Of a DNA stretch of 64,000 nt, positions 25,305 to 36,664 are shown piece by piece. The notes under the pieces are model-generated. The model saw only the letters and a list, made by a program, of their open reading frames with translations. It had not been told where the DNA came from and searched no databases. Numbering within the stretch: the stretch's first letter is position 1; every line of letters begins with the position of its first letter. The stretch lies in assembly GCA_965113315.1 (NCBI GenBank), contig OZ220375.1. One strand, written 5' to 3'. The DNA comes from Podarcis vaucheri (Eukaryota). The position numbers and the translations under genes were made by a program.

Positions 25305-26577
25305 GAGATAAAGTGAATGAAAGCCCCTTTTTGCTGTACAAAATCAGCAGTTGTCATACCTTGCCCTATAACTCGAGCTTTGAAAGGATTGTTTGCCTCA
25401 TTAATCAGAACAGACTGAATTGCCTAAAGAGCAAATAAGGCAAGCCACAAAATGGATCAGAGCACGCACAGGAAGCTTGAAAATAAGGATTGCTTTGACA
25501 GGCCCACAGACTTGCCTGGAAAAAGGCATGTGACTGGAAGGACTACAGTTTTATTCTGCCGGTTTTTTAAAGGCTTGTTCTCCCAAGCCTCTGTTTCTGG
25601 GTTAAGTTTTGGAACTTAACTGCTCTCTCCCCTTCCTAGCTCTCAAACAGATTGCCTGGAAAATGTCTGCTGGCCATGTAGATAGCAATACATACACAGA
25701 GGCTGGCTTGTTTATTGATTGTTGTAGTTCAGAAACCCTTCTTCCTCATTCAGTAGTAATAATGAAATGGCTTACTAGTGAAGAGGCTGAAGCAAACTTC
25801 TTTATTTAATGGAAACCTGTTCAGACACTAACCAGCTATTCCCATGGGAGTAAAACAATAAATGGCAAAACCTGTGGTTTTTCTAGGTTATGTTGCAAGC
25901 TCAAAGGGATTGATGGAGCCAGTAGTGGCTGGCAGAGTGGCTCAGGTGGGGCTGAATTGCTGTCCCCACTTTCAAACACAGTGTGTTGCTGCTGCTTACT
26001 GGGAGGGGGAGAGGGCAAGGCAACTGAGAGCTTAGCAGGTACTGGTGTGGCAGCAGAGCCAGTTGAACACTCCTACACCAAGTTCTCGTTGCCCTCCTAC
26101 TCCCCCTCTCAATAAGCAGCAACATCATGTCATGTTTGGAAGGCAAGAGAGTAAGGCAGCCAGATCTGTAATGTCCTGCCAGCCCCTATTGGATGTAGCT
26201 GTCACTATCTCTCCCAGAATTCTTCTTTATGATGATGTCATGGTGGAAACCAATGCCACGGAACTGATAAATGCAATATGTGGGAGCATATTTACTTGCA
26301 GATGCTCCTTTGATGATGTAGTCTTCAAAAACCTGTGATTTTGGTACCCTATCCTTGAGATAGATGATGTGATGCTTTGAAATTCTTCTTAATGCCAGCG
26401 CAGTGCAGGAGATAGCCAGTTTCAGTTAGGTTTTGATTTTCTTTTAACATGCTTAAGGCCATTGGTCATTCTGACTTTACTTTAACCAACACACTTTTTC
26501 AGTTTATTTTGATTATTTTTTACTTTTTTCTCATGCTGATCTTTGGTTTTATTTTATTTTGTTCGCATGTTTTTAAG

Positions 26578-26775
26578 ACATCCATACCTTCCTCTGTCAA
26601 AATCTTGGAAGGTAGATCCTCCATTATTCCCAAACGAAACTCCTCTGTTAGTTCTATCCCTTTGAAAAAACCCTCCAACCCTGCTGAGTCCTCAGTACCA
26701 ACCTCCATCCCTAAATGCATCTCTTCTATCGCATCCCGACCAACCAGTACAGGAACAAAAGAGAAAAGGGGCAAG
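26578..26775 (+). CDS. MAPT: Tau exon 6
   Basis: 198 nt, phase 0/0; TSIPSSVKILEGRSS...TGTKEKRGK; tttaag / gtaaga. Confidence 0.93.
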
Positions 26776-27988
26776 GTAAGAAATGGCGTAAAAAGAAGTT
26801 GGTGGAGTGAGGGGCTGGGGTAAATCTATTTCTTTCCCATTTGCTTAGATTCTTTGCATTGGGTTGGGCATGCATTTACAGCAAGTGGTTGTTGTTGTTG
26901 TTTGTAATTTGTATTTACCTGCCTGTTTCCTAATGACCAAGATATGAATGTACTTTACTTGGTTATGGCTAACTACTACCACCCCAATCTATTGTTTTTT
27001 CCTCCTGTTTTAAGAGATTGTGCTAGGATTGACCAGTGATTATAGCCAAGTTGAAGAATACTTCTTTCTAATAGTTGAACAAGCAGCCTCAGAATGCACT
27101 TAATATTGTGTTTAATTTGCACATAAATGAAGTCAAATAAATTGCCACTTGATACATTAATGTGCTCAGATGGAATGTCATTTAGTCAGTCTACAAACTG
27201 CCCCACATCTGCAGATATCTGGGTAGGTAACAATAAAACTTTGCAATTTAGAGAAGAAATGAAAAGTGCAAATATAAATTCCCTTTAGCTATCTTTGTTT
27301 ATTCTCCTTAAATTCTTCTTAGTTTTTTATATTCATGTTTTTCCCCCTGGACATTGCCAGCATTTTACTGAGCTTTATTTAGTTAATGGATATGTAAGAC
27401 ATTTGATGTTGCTTGTTGCTCAGGTTTTCCAGATGGCACAGTATTTGCATGTTATCACACCTGCTCCTGCAAGCTGTGGTGACGTAACAGTGAAAAATTT
27501 ATTCAACAGTCACACATGTTTTCATGTGGATATCACATTTTTTATGCAACAGAAAGGACTCATGAAATAAGTGCATTCAATTAATGTGGGTGAAAAAGGG
27601 ATTATGTAATACTGTTATTACCGTGGATATCTATTCTAAAAGCTGCATGTTTAGGAGCTAAGTAGGGACAAGGCATCATCAACTTTGCATTTGGACAAGC
27701 CATTAGTTTTACTTTACGTAGGCTGTTCATTATTTATGTTCTGAAATCAAATGAGAAAATGGTAGAATTGAATAGAAAAGCATTTTGTATGCCAAGCCTC
27801 ATAAAAATACATATAATAAGCACATGGTAAAGTCTTGAAACTTGTATTGGCATTTCGAGTCCATTTCTCAGGCTTAGGTTGAAAATGTGTAAATAAAGAG
27901 GAAATCCCCTAATCCACAGCAATTTACTCTGCTTTTTTAGTCTATGAGCAGTCAATAAATACTGCCCTTTCTCAATTTCTGTCACCAG

Positions 27989-28115
27989 GGTCCAGATATG
28001 AAAACAAAGATAGCCCCTCCACGTCCTGGTATGGGACAGAATCAGAAGAGTCCAGCCAATGCTTCTCGGATCCCTGCCAAAACTCCCACCATCCCCAAGA
28101 CACCACCCAGCCTTG
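27989..28115 (+). CDS. MAPT: Tau exon 7 (proline-rich P1)
   Basis: 127 nt; [12 protein letters not shown]...[16 protein letters not shown]. Confidence 0.97.
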
Positions 28116-28744
28116 GTAAGAGAAGAGGGGTTTTTTGTGTGTTGCTCATGTGTCGCATAGCAGTTTGGGGTTTTTTGCTTTCAGGAAATTGCTTCAAACA
28201 AACTGTGGTTTACTTGAGCTCCCTCACATTCAAATACAAACGTGTCAGGTTTTTGCTTTTATTTGTAGTGTATCAAGAGAAAGTACAAGTCCTTCCTCAG
28301 TATATTCTTCTTGGCAGTAGATGTGACCAAGAACTGTGGCTATGCAGACAAACCTTTTAAAAGAACCCAAAAAGCCTCTGAAGAAGGTGGCATGAAGTTG
28401 ATGTGGCCTAGCACCGCGAAAGTTCATTTGACACAGGCCTTAAGGCAGGAATTTTAATAAAAGTAACATGAGAAGTAGCCTTTTCTCAAAATCATAAGAT
28501 GAGCTTTTATAAAGGGCAGGGAGCACCAGCCAACCTGTCCATTTCTGCCTCTGACTGCCACCATAATCCTGCTTAAGAACCAAGTCTCACTCAGCACTGG
28601 ATGATTGGATAGCAGGTGGCTGCCATCTTGTATCACCCTCAGTGCAATGCTTGACATGGTGACAAAGGGATCTAAGATGGTGGTTTCTTGCTACCAGCTT
28701 GTCTTCTTTTTAAAGAATCACCAAGTTACAGGGAATCAGCCAAG

Positions 28745-28997
28745 TTACAGTGAACCAGGCAGAGGGCCTTCTCGGTGGTGGCACCCTGTGGAACTCCCTC
28801 CCACCAGATGTCAAAGAGAAAAACAACTACCACACTTTTAGAAGACATCTGAAGGCAGCCCTGTTTAGGGAAGCTTTTAATGTTTGAAACACATTGAGTA
28901 TTTTAATACTTTGTTGGAAGCCACCCAGAGTGGCTGGGGAAACCCCGCCAGATGGGTGGCATATAAATATATTATTATTATTATTATTATTATTATG
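28745..28997 (+). mobile_element. L2 LINE 3' fragment with (TTA)n tail
   Basis: ttttagaagacatctgaaggcagccctgttt...cccagagtggctgggg...ataaat + (TTA)n. Confidence 0.8.
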
Positions 28998-29328
28998 GAT
29001 CACCTCATTGCAACAAGATGCTGATAGTGGCACCTGCTGGAAAGCCTTGAGCCTAGGTCTTGGTCTGGTGCTGCTTCTACCACCCCCAGATACATGTGTT
29101 CCCCCATAGTCACCCAGTGAGTGGTTTACCCAGTCTTGGAGGTAGGGTTAAAATAGGGCTTAAGCTCCTGCTCCTGTGCTCCCTGTCCTCTTAGTGCTCT
29201 TTCCCTGTTTCCCTTTCATTTTCTAATATTCATTGGAATCTCTGTAGTCTGCCCTTCCTTTCCCCCCTAGCAACCAGGATGCAAGATTATCATTGTTTTT
29301 CACGGAGCAGTTGTTTTTGTTCTTTCAG

Positions 29329-29382
29329 CTGCCAAAAAGGAGCAAAGAAGGCCCCCTAACACAGCAGCAAAATCTGAGAGAG
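29329..29382 (+). CDS. MAPT: Tau exon 8
   Basis: 54 nt; (A)AKKEQRRPPNTAAKSER; tttcag / gtaaga. Confidence 0.92.
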
Positions 29383-29950
29383 GTAAGAAAAGTTTACTAT
29401 TTCCTCTTCATTCCTAACAAATCGTGTCCACTGGCATTGACTATAAATTCTGTAAAACCTTGATACTTAAATTACCTTTTTTGGGGGTAGGTAAAAGGTT
29501 GTTTTATTCATATTTTAAAATATCTTTCCATTGGAAAGAAAGTTGCAACAGTACTAAATGCAACATAGCATTTTTTTTTTATTTAAAACATTTTTATATC
29601 ACTCTTCATTAAAATTCTAGGGTGGTCTGCAATAGATGCCGATATAATAAAACGGCATATTAAAATACAATAAAAACAGTAAAAACGGCAACAACTGCAG
29701 TAGCTGAACAGTTTTCTGTGGCAAAGACCTGGATGAACAAGTGTATTTTCAGAAGGTGCTAAAAACTCACCAAAGTTGGTTCCTGCCTTATTTCAGTGGG
29801 GAGATGATTCCATAAGCTAGGTGTTCTAACAGAAAACGTCCTGCCCCTGCTTGCTAATTTCCTTTGTGCATATTGAACAGTGTGGAAGGTTCTTTTGAAT
29901 CAACAGCTTAACGATTACTTAACATATTGTACTTTAATTTCAAATTGCAG

Positions 29951-30216
29951 GTGAACCAGTAAAGTCTGGAGATAGGAGTGGCTACAGCAGCCCTGGATCT
30001 CCAGGAACTCCTGGCAGTCGCTCCCGCACACCCTCCCTGCCAACTCCACCAAACAGGGAGCCCAAGAAGGTAGCAGTGGTTCGCACCCCGCCAAAATCCC
30101 CTTCTTCTGTCAAGAGCCGCTTGCAGACAGCCCCTGTCCCCATGCCAGACCTGAAGAACATAAAGTCCAAGATTGGTTCCACTGAAAATTTGAAGCATCA
30201 GCCAGGGGGTGGAAAG
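29951..30216 (+). CDS. MAPT: Tau exon 9 (P2 region + repeat R1)
   Basis: 266 nt; [30 protein letters not shown]...[16 protein letters not shown]. Confidence 0.99.
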
Positions 30217-33200
30217 GTAAATCCAGTGCACCTTGTCTTTATGTGTGGGCAAATGAAATACAAGTTTGGAGTTAGATGGGAAGTTACCTACCTTCCGTTC
30301 GTCCCCTTCTCAACTTACATTGCATTCTGACCCTTGCAGCGGCAGCCATCTCTTCAATATGTGAGTCCCCTGAATCTTTACACACAGATGTCTCTGTGTA
30401 GCCCACAACTTTGTATAAAGATCTTTTGACTGGGGCACAAACCTAGCAGCAGTTTTACAAGAAAACTGAAACAGCATCTCAAACTTCCTCCTGAAACTAG
30501 TCATCCGGGAAAGGAGGCAGGATGGAGAGCAGCTCCTGTGGCCAGGCACTCTGAAAATGCCATGGCTGCCACTTTGAGACTTCCATGGGCAGCCCTGTAA
30601 TTTCGGTTGCTTCAAAACTAAATTTCTGCTGCTGGGAATAAAAGGCCTATGGTAGCACCTACTGTGTTATCTTCTCCCTCTCTAGAACTCTGTCTTCTGT
30701 CCCAGATATCTTGCACTTCCCTGGAGGGCCTTTTCTATAGTTTGAGAACCACTGTACTACAAAGTAGTGAATGGGCTCAATCTTCTCCATGCCATGTTAC
30801 ATTACTTGCAAAAGTTCTGTTTTCCAATTCCAACCTCCCCCTATCTCTGTTCAAAAAGAAGAAGTTTCATCTTTCAGATCACCCTGTGCTCAAAGTGCAT
30901 TTGTACAAACTAAGGGTTAGAAAGCACATGGAATCTGAGCAGATAGAGTAAATGGAGTATGTATGGAACACTCTTACCAAGATTAGAGCTGGGGTGACAC
31001 GCATTTAAAAGCCATGTCATAGAATCACTGACTCACAGTGGTGAGGAAAAGTGCTATGTGCCTGGTTAGATAGAGCTGTGCTGTACCCAGCCAACATGTG
31101 AAAGGAGACTAGACATGGTATACACATGTCACTTGGCAAATTCTTAAGCTAGGTTTATCTATGTCGACAACTTTCACTGCTAGAACACCTGCTGTGTTTG
31201 GAAGAGGCTTGTGCAGGGGGCAGAGAGATAATCTTCCTTCAGCACAGGGGTGAAGAACCTTTTTTAGCTTGAAGATCACATTCCTTTCTGGGCCACATAT
31301 CAGTGATAATCAGGGCCAGAGGCAAAAGTGAGCAGAGCAATCAATGCATTTAAATGTTACCTTTGTGCAGGAGATTAGTTTTTATACACACTGTCCTCCA
31401 TCTAGGTAAGAAAGAGACATTATCAATGGCCTTGGTGCCATGCATGCCTTCCATCAGCTTTGGCGGGTGGCTCAGCTATGCCCTTATCTGGACAAGGATA
31501 GCCTAACTTCTGATAACTTCTAGGGTTCCTTCAATGTATTATTATATGTGGGTTTGCATTTGGAAGGTGCAGCTGAATCAGCTAGATTGCTGATTGGAGG
31601 GACTTAGCTCATTACACCAATTCAGACATGACTTCATTGGCCACCAATAAATTTCCCTGCTCAATTCAAAGTGCTAATCTTGGCTGCTTCACTCCTCTCC
31701 CCAAGCACTGGGGAGAAAGAGACCGCAACCCTTGCCTTAGGAACTGACACCATTAGGAGATTTCTGAGTTTGAACTGGGGACCTTGTGCATGCAAAGCAG
31801 ATGATCTGTCACTGATCTGTGGCCCTTCTTCTACATGAAGGCATGTTGGGGGCTTATGTGGCTAAGGTAGTTGTATTATTCTCCCTTCCTCTAAAGGACA
31901 AATATCTTTCAGCAAAACTGTAAGGCTTCTTTATCAATAGCCAGACTCACTAGTTCAATTCTCTTGCATAGAGAATTTACAGAGAGGAAGGAAGAAAGTA
32001 AAGTGACATGGAATTAGGCCCACAGAAGGGCAGAGAATCTGAAGCCACGTCTTCAGTTTGCTGCAGTACTGTGTTGCTGATAATTTCTATCTAGTTGTGG
32101 GCTCCTTCTCGTGCTACTACAATATATAGTCATTCTTTGAAGGGTTGCTCTAAACTAAAGGGTTGGATTATTATGAGACTGCTGCAGCCCAGGGTAATTT
32201 AGGGATCTATGGTTTGTCCCATTCCCTGCACTGATGCAACAATTGCCAGACCTAAATATTCTGTATCTGCAAAACAATGTGAGTAGTCTGTAGCTAAGGG
32301 ATGTTCTTAGCTTACTGGTCATAGCTTGCTTCTCTTTATGACCTGCCTTGAAATTGTTAATTAATGTATGACTGTTAGGGGGTTGGTGGTTTTATTTGGC
32401 TTTATCTTAATGTTGTTGTAACCTACCCCGGGGCTTTATGGTGAAGGGTGAATAAGAAATACAGTAAGTAGACAGAGTGGTAACCATTATTGCAAATATA
32501 AACACCACCCACAAATTACCCAGATTACTTGACTGGGTGCTCAGCACCAGGTTTTTAGAGTGTGCTTTTTTCACTTACTTTTTACAGTGGAGCAACATAA
32601 TGCCATCAAATCTTGTAACTCTTGTGTTTCCACCCTCTTTCCTCAGACTATAGAAAATCCAGCAAGTGTAAATCACCTTAGCAATATTCTTGTCATATTA
32701 TTTTTTTAAGGTATGGTTTTGATGTTTGCAATGTTGTATCAGGCAGGCAGGCCTGTCTGTCTTCATCTGTACTTTGGTACACTTCATTATTACCTTTTTG
32801 ATAGGTGTCATTGATGGGTGGAGATTTCTTTTTCAATTAGCACTGTTTCTCCTTTATTTATTTTTTAGAAAACAATAGTATAATAGTGCTTCAACTTAAA
32901 ATGGGTTTTAATGCAACTTTTTAAAAAAATGTTTTTAATAACATGCATGTTATTTGAATATTTGTATTGAGTGCCATTTTATCACTATTGGTCACTCCCC
33001 CCATGCTCACTTTAAAATATTTTTGTTCTAGTTTTAAGCATTATTTTTTTACAGTAATTATGTAATACTGTTGAAATTTTAAAAGCATCGAAGCACAGTT
33101 TTTTAAAAAATGGTACTAGAATTTATTTAAAATGGCTTGTTGTGTTAAATATTTGCTTCTCCAGCCACATGTCTATGCCATGCCCACTAGTGTAGACAGG

Positions 33201-33900
33201 ACATCATGGGAGATAAATGCACAGGAAGTACTATATACCCTGATGTGTGGAAACTCCATTGCAGTTCTGAATGAGGCTTTCAGGGAGAGAGAGAGAGTGC
33301 AACAGTTTGGTTAGGGTACTTTCAGACTGACAACCCTTTTTAAAGTCTGGTGATAGTTTGACGTGCTTCCAAATATAATGGTTATTCTGTGGTGCTAGCA
33401 ATGACTAGGAGGTGAATATGATTATCCTAGCAGCATTTACCATGTCAATGGACATAGCAGAACAGAGAGCCATTAACTGCATTTATTATATACCACCCTT
33501 AACAGTATTTTGCCCTGGCTCTCCAACCAATAAGCAAACACAGTTGCTTTGGTTTTACTTTATATTGTTCATATACACACTTTGTTGCAGTCCTGTGCTG
33601 GGACAAATATCTCTGTGTTAGAAATGGAGGAGCCTATGTCATGATTTTGTTTTGTTTTTGTTCGTTCTTTTAAGCACTGTACTAATTTCAGGCCTGACTG
33701 TAGGACGTTCGCCACTGCGTAAGCTGAAATTTGAAGCTTCATCTTCAAAGCAAGGAACTGGCATTTGTACCAAGGGGAAAGTCCCTTGCTTCTTTCTTTG
33801 TCTTAGATGACTGCTACAAAATGCAAAAGATATCTCTACTTGAAAGGATAATTGTGGATGGCAGCGGTTGTCACTCATATTCTTTTTCTGGCTATCAAAG

Positions 33901-33993
33901 GTGCAGGTGGTTAATAAGAAGCTGAACTTTAGCCATGTGCAATCCAGGTGTGGATCAAAGGATAATATCAAACATACCCCAGGAGGAGGCAGT
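33901..33993 (+). CDS. MAPT: Tau exon 10 (repeat R2)
   Basis: 93 nt; [31 protein letters not shown]; ctggctatcaaag acceptor, gtgagt donor. Confidence 0.98.
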
Positions 33994-34009
33994 GTGAGTA
34001 CCTTCACAC
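33992..34009 (+). promoter_or_regulatory. Exon 10 5' splice-site RNA stem-loop
   Basis: GTGTGA-gtacct-TCACAC hairpin across the donor, as in the human exon 10 regulatory stem. Confidence 0.85.
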
Positions 34010-35274
34010 CATTCAATGCACTATAATAATCTAACTTATTATAAGTGGCATGACTTTTGCATTAACCCTGAAACACCAATGCTGTCTGCACAATCAGATA
34101 GCTATTGATGATGTGTAGTGAATTAACCTGTTACCAGTGAAAATATGGCTTGATTAAAGCTCCAGCAGAGTTAGCTGTATGGGGATGTGCACTGAGCTAA
34201 TTGGGTATTGAATTGGAGGCAATATTATTTAAGTGGCTGCCTTCTCAATACATAGTGTTCAAATTACCCCAGAAATTATCCTTTCTGACTCAGATAGTTG
34301 ATGGAAAATGAAGGTGCAGCGTGTATTGCAAATGGAAAGCTGATTAAAAGTGTGGTGTGTTCATGGACGCATATAACCAGCATTTTTTAAAAAAAATCCA
34401 AATTCTTCATCAAGGAAGCACATGTTCCTTGTTCCCTCAAAATAAAATATGCAAATTAGATAAAATAATGAATCATTTCCCTTAGGCTTACTTTGCAGAA
34501 TTTATTTTGCTTCCATGATATGAGTTTTCAGGGAAATTTTATTTTCTTTAGTGAGGATTTTGGGAGCAGAGGGAAAGGCAGAAAAGGAAAGTGTTTAGTG
34601 TTCTGTATATAGTAGAATTGAGGGGGTAGGGGAGAACTGGTATATATAGGATACAGGAGGGTCTTGCAACAAAATGTTGCAGGATATCACTATCTAATAG
34701 GAATTCTCTTGTCCAGATTTCCAGCCATGGTGCTTTCCTCCAAAACAGTATAAGCTGTTAGGGGCTCAAGCAAGCCAATTCACTCTTCCCCTGCACTTTG
34801 TGATTTTTTGTTTTTACAACTGATATGCAATGTTCAATAGGTTCTGGTGACCACTAAACATACTTGGTGCTTACTGTGCTAGTTGGGTGGGGTGCTATCC
34901 CTCTTGGTTAGAAAAATGGTTTTCTTTTGTACTTCTATGAACTTCAGGATTCTCTTAAGCAGACTGGTACCTCTTTATTGTCTCTCAGTGGCCCTCTTCT
35001 TCTGGCTCCATTTCTAAGTTTGCTATTAGAAGGAGGGAAAATTGAGAGTAAGCACATGACACACAAGCTCTGTCTGCTGATCACTGGCACACCAGCCCAG
35101 CCCAACTCTGGTTTCTAAGCATTCCTCTGCAAACAAGAAGAAAAGTGCCTTTCTAAAGGCTGAGTTTTGAAGGTGCTGGAATTTGAGCTTCCAGGTCAAA
35201 CATTTAGGAGCATGTAATACAGTCATGTGCTTAACACAGACACATCAAAGAATACATCATGCAATCATAGAGTT

Positions 35275-36610
35275 AGATAGATAGATAGATTCTTTATTGT
35301 CATTACACTAGTGCAACATTGCACAAGTGCAACGAAATTGGATGCCAACCCTTAAAAACAACAAAAGCAAAACAACAGCAACAACCAAACAAACCACCTT
35401 CCAACCACACCCACACCCACACCCATCAAACTCCCAGGTCTCACTATCGAGTTACAGCATTCAAAAAGGCCACAGCTCTTGGATAGAAACTGTTTTTCAG
35501 TCTATTTGTCCTAGACTTGATGTTTCTATACCTCCTGCCAGAAGGCAGTAGTGCAAACAGACTGTATCCCGGGTGAGATGGATCCTGCAGGATGTTGTTT
35601 GCTTTCCTAAGGCAACGGGAACCGTACAGTTCTTTCAAAGGTGGGAGAGGGTGACCAATAATCCTTTGGGCTGTGGTTATGACCTTCTGGAGCACCTTCC
35701 TCTCCCTAGCTGTACAACTGGAGAACCAAGCACAAATACAGTATGTAAGTATGCTCTCTATGGAGCCTCGGTAGAAGGACACCAGCAGTCTCTCACTCAG
35801 ATTGTTCTTTTTTAAAAGTCTGAGGAAATAAATTCTCTGCTAGGCCTTCTTCACCAGAGCAGTGGTATTTGCGCTCCAAGTCATGCCCTGATCCATAGTC
35901 ACTCCCAAAAACCTGAATTCCGCCACCCTCTCCACCCGTTCCCCGTTGATATACAAGGGCTGAATGTCCGCCTTTTTTTCCCTGTAATCCACCACCAATT
36001 CCTTGGTCTTAGCCGTATTGAGAGCCAGATTGTTCTCTCCACACCAAACACAGAGCCGCTCCACCTCGTCCCGATAGGCGGACTCATCCCCTCCTGAAAT
36101 GAGCCCCACCACCGTAGTATCATCAGCAAACTTGATGATTTTGTTGCTGGAGTAGATGGCTGTACAGTCATACGTATAGAGAGCATAGAGCAGGGGACTC
36201 AACACGCAACCCTGTGGTGAGCCGGTGTTAAGGCTAAGGGCTGTGGACACATGTGACCCTACTCTAACCCTCTGAGAACGTTCTGACAAAAAATCCGAAA
36301 CCCAGAGACAGGTGGAGTTGGGGAGTCCAATCGTCTCTAGCTTGGACACCAGTCTATGGGGGAGGATAGTGTTAAAAGCAGAGCTAAAATCCACAAACAG
36401 CAGCCTCACATAATTCCCCGGCCGCTCCAGATGGGACAGAGCAGCATGGAGAGTGGTGGTGATAGCGTCTTCTGTGGATCTATTTGCCCTGTATGCAAAC
36501 TGGTAGTTGTCAAAAGTTGATGGAAGACAGGAAATAATATGACGGCGCACCAGTTTCTCAAAACACTTCATGATGATTGGAGTCAGTGCAACTGGTCTGT
36601 AGTCATTCAA
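35275..36610 (-). mobile_element. 5'-truncated Rex1/Babar-type LINE (RT + C-terminal domain)
   Basis: RT motifs YRPVALT, VDFSSAFNT, GSPQGCVLSPLLY, KFADDT; ORFs 35840-36625 and 35444-35782 share a frame split by one TAG; AATAAA + (TCTA)n tail; 63-bp direct repeats 35212-35274 and 36611-36673. Confidence 0.9.
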
Positions 36611-36664
36611 ATGTAATACAGTCATGTGCTTAACACAGACACATCAAAGAATACATCATGCAAT

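Noticed and set aside
32588-32710. Two strong-looking acceptors and a donor in intron 9
   Set aside because: Both candidate exons contain in-frame stops, the region is T-rich and there is no supporting motif; likely chance
30217-33900. Saitohin-like nested gene in intron 9
   Set aside because: ORFs here (e.g. 30649-30951) show no resemblance; STH is known as primate-restricted
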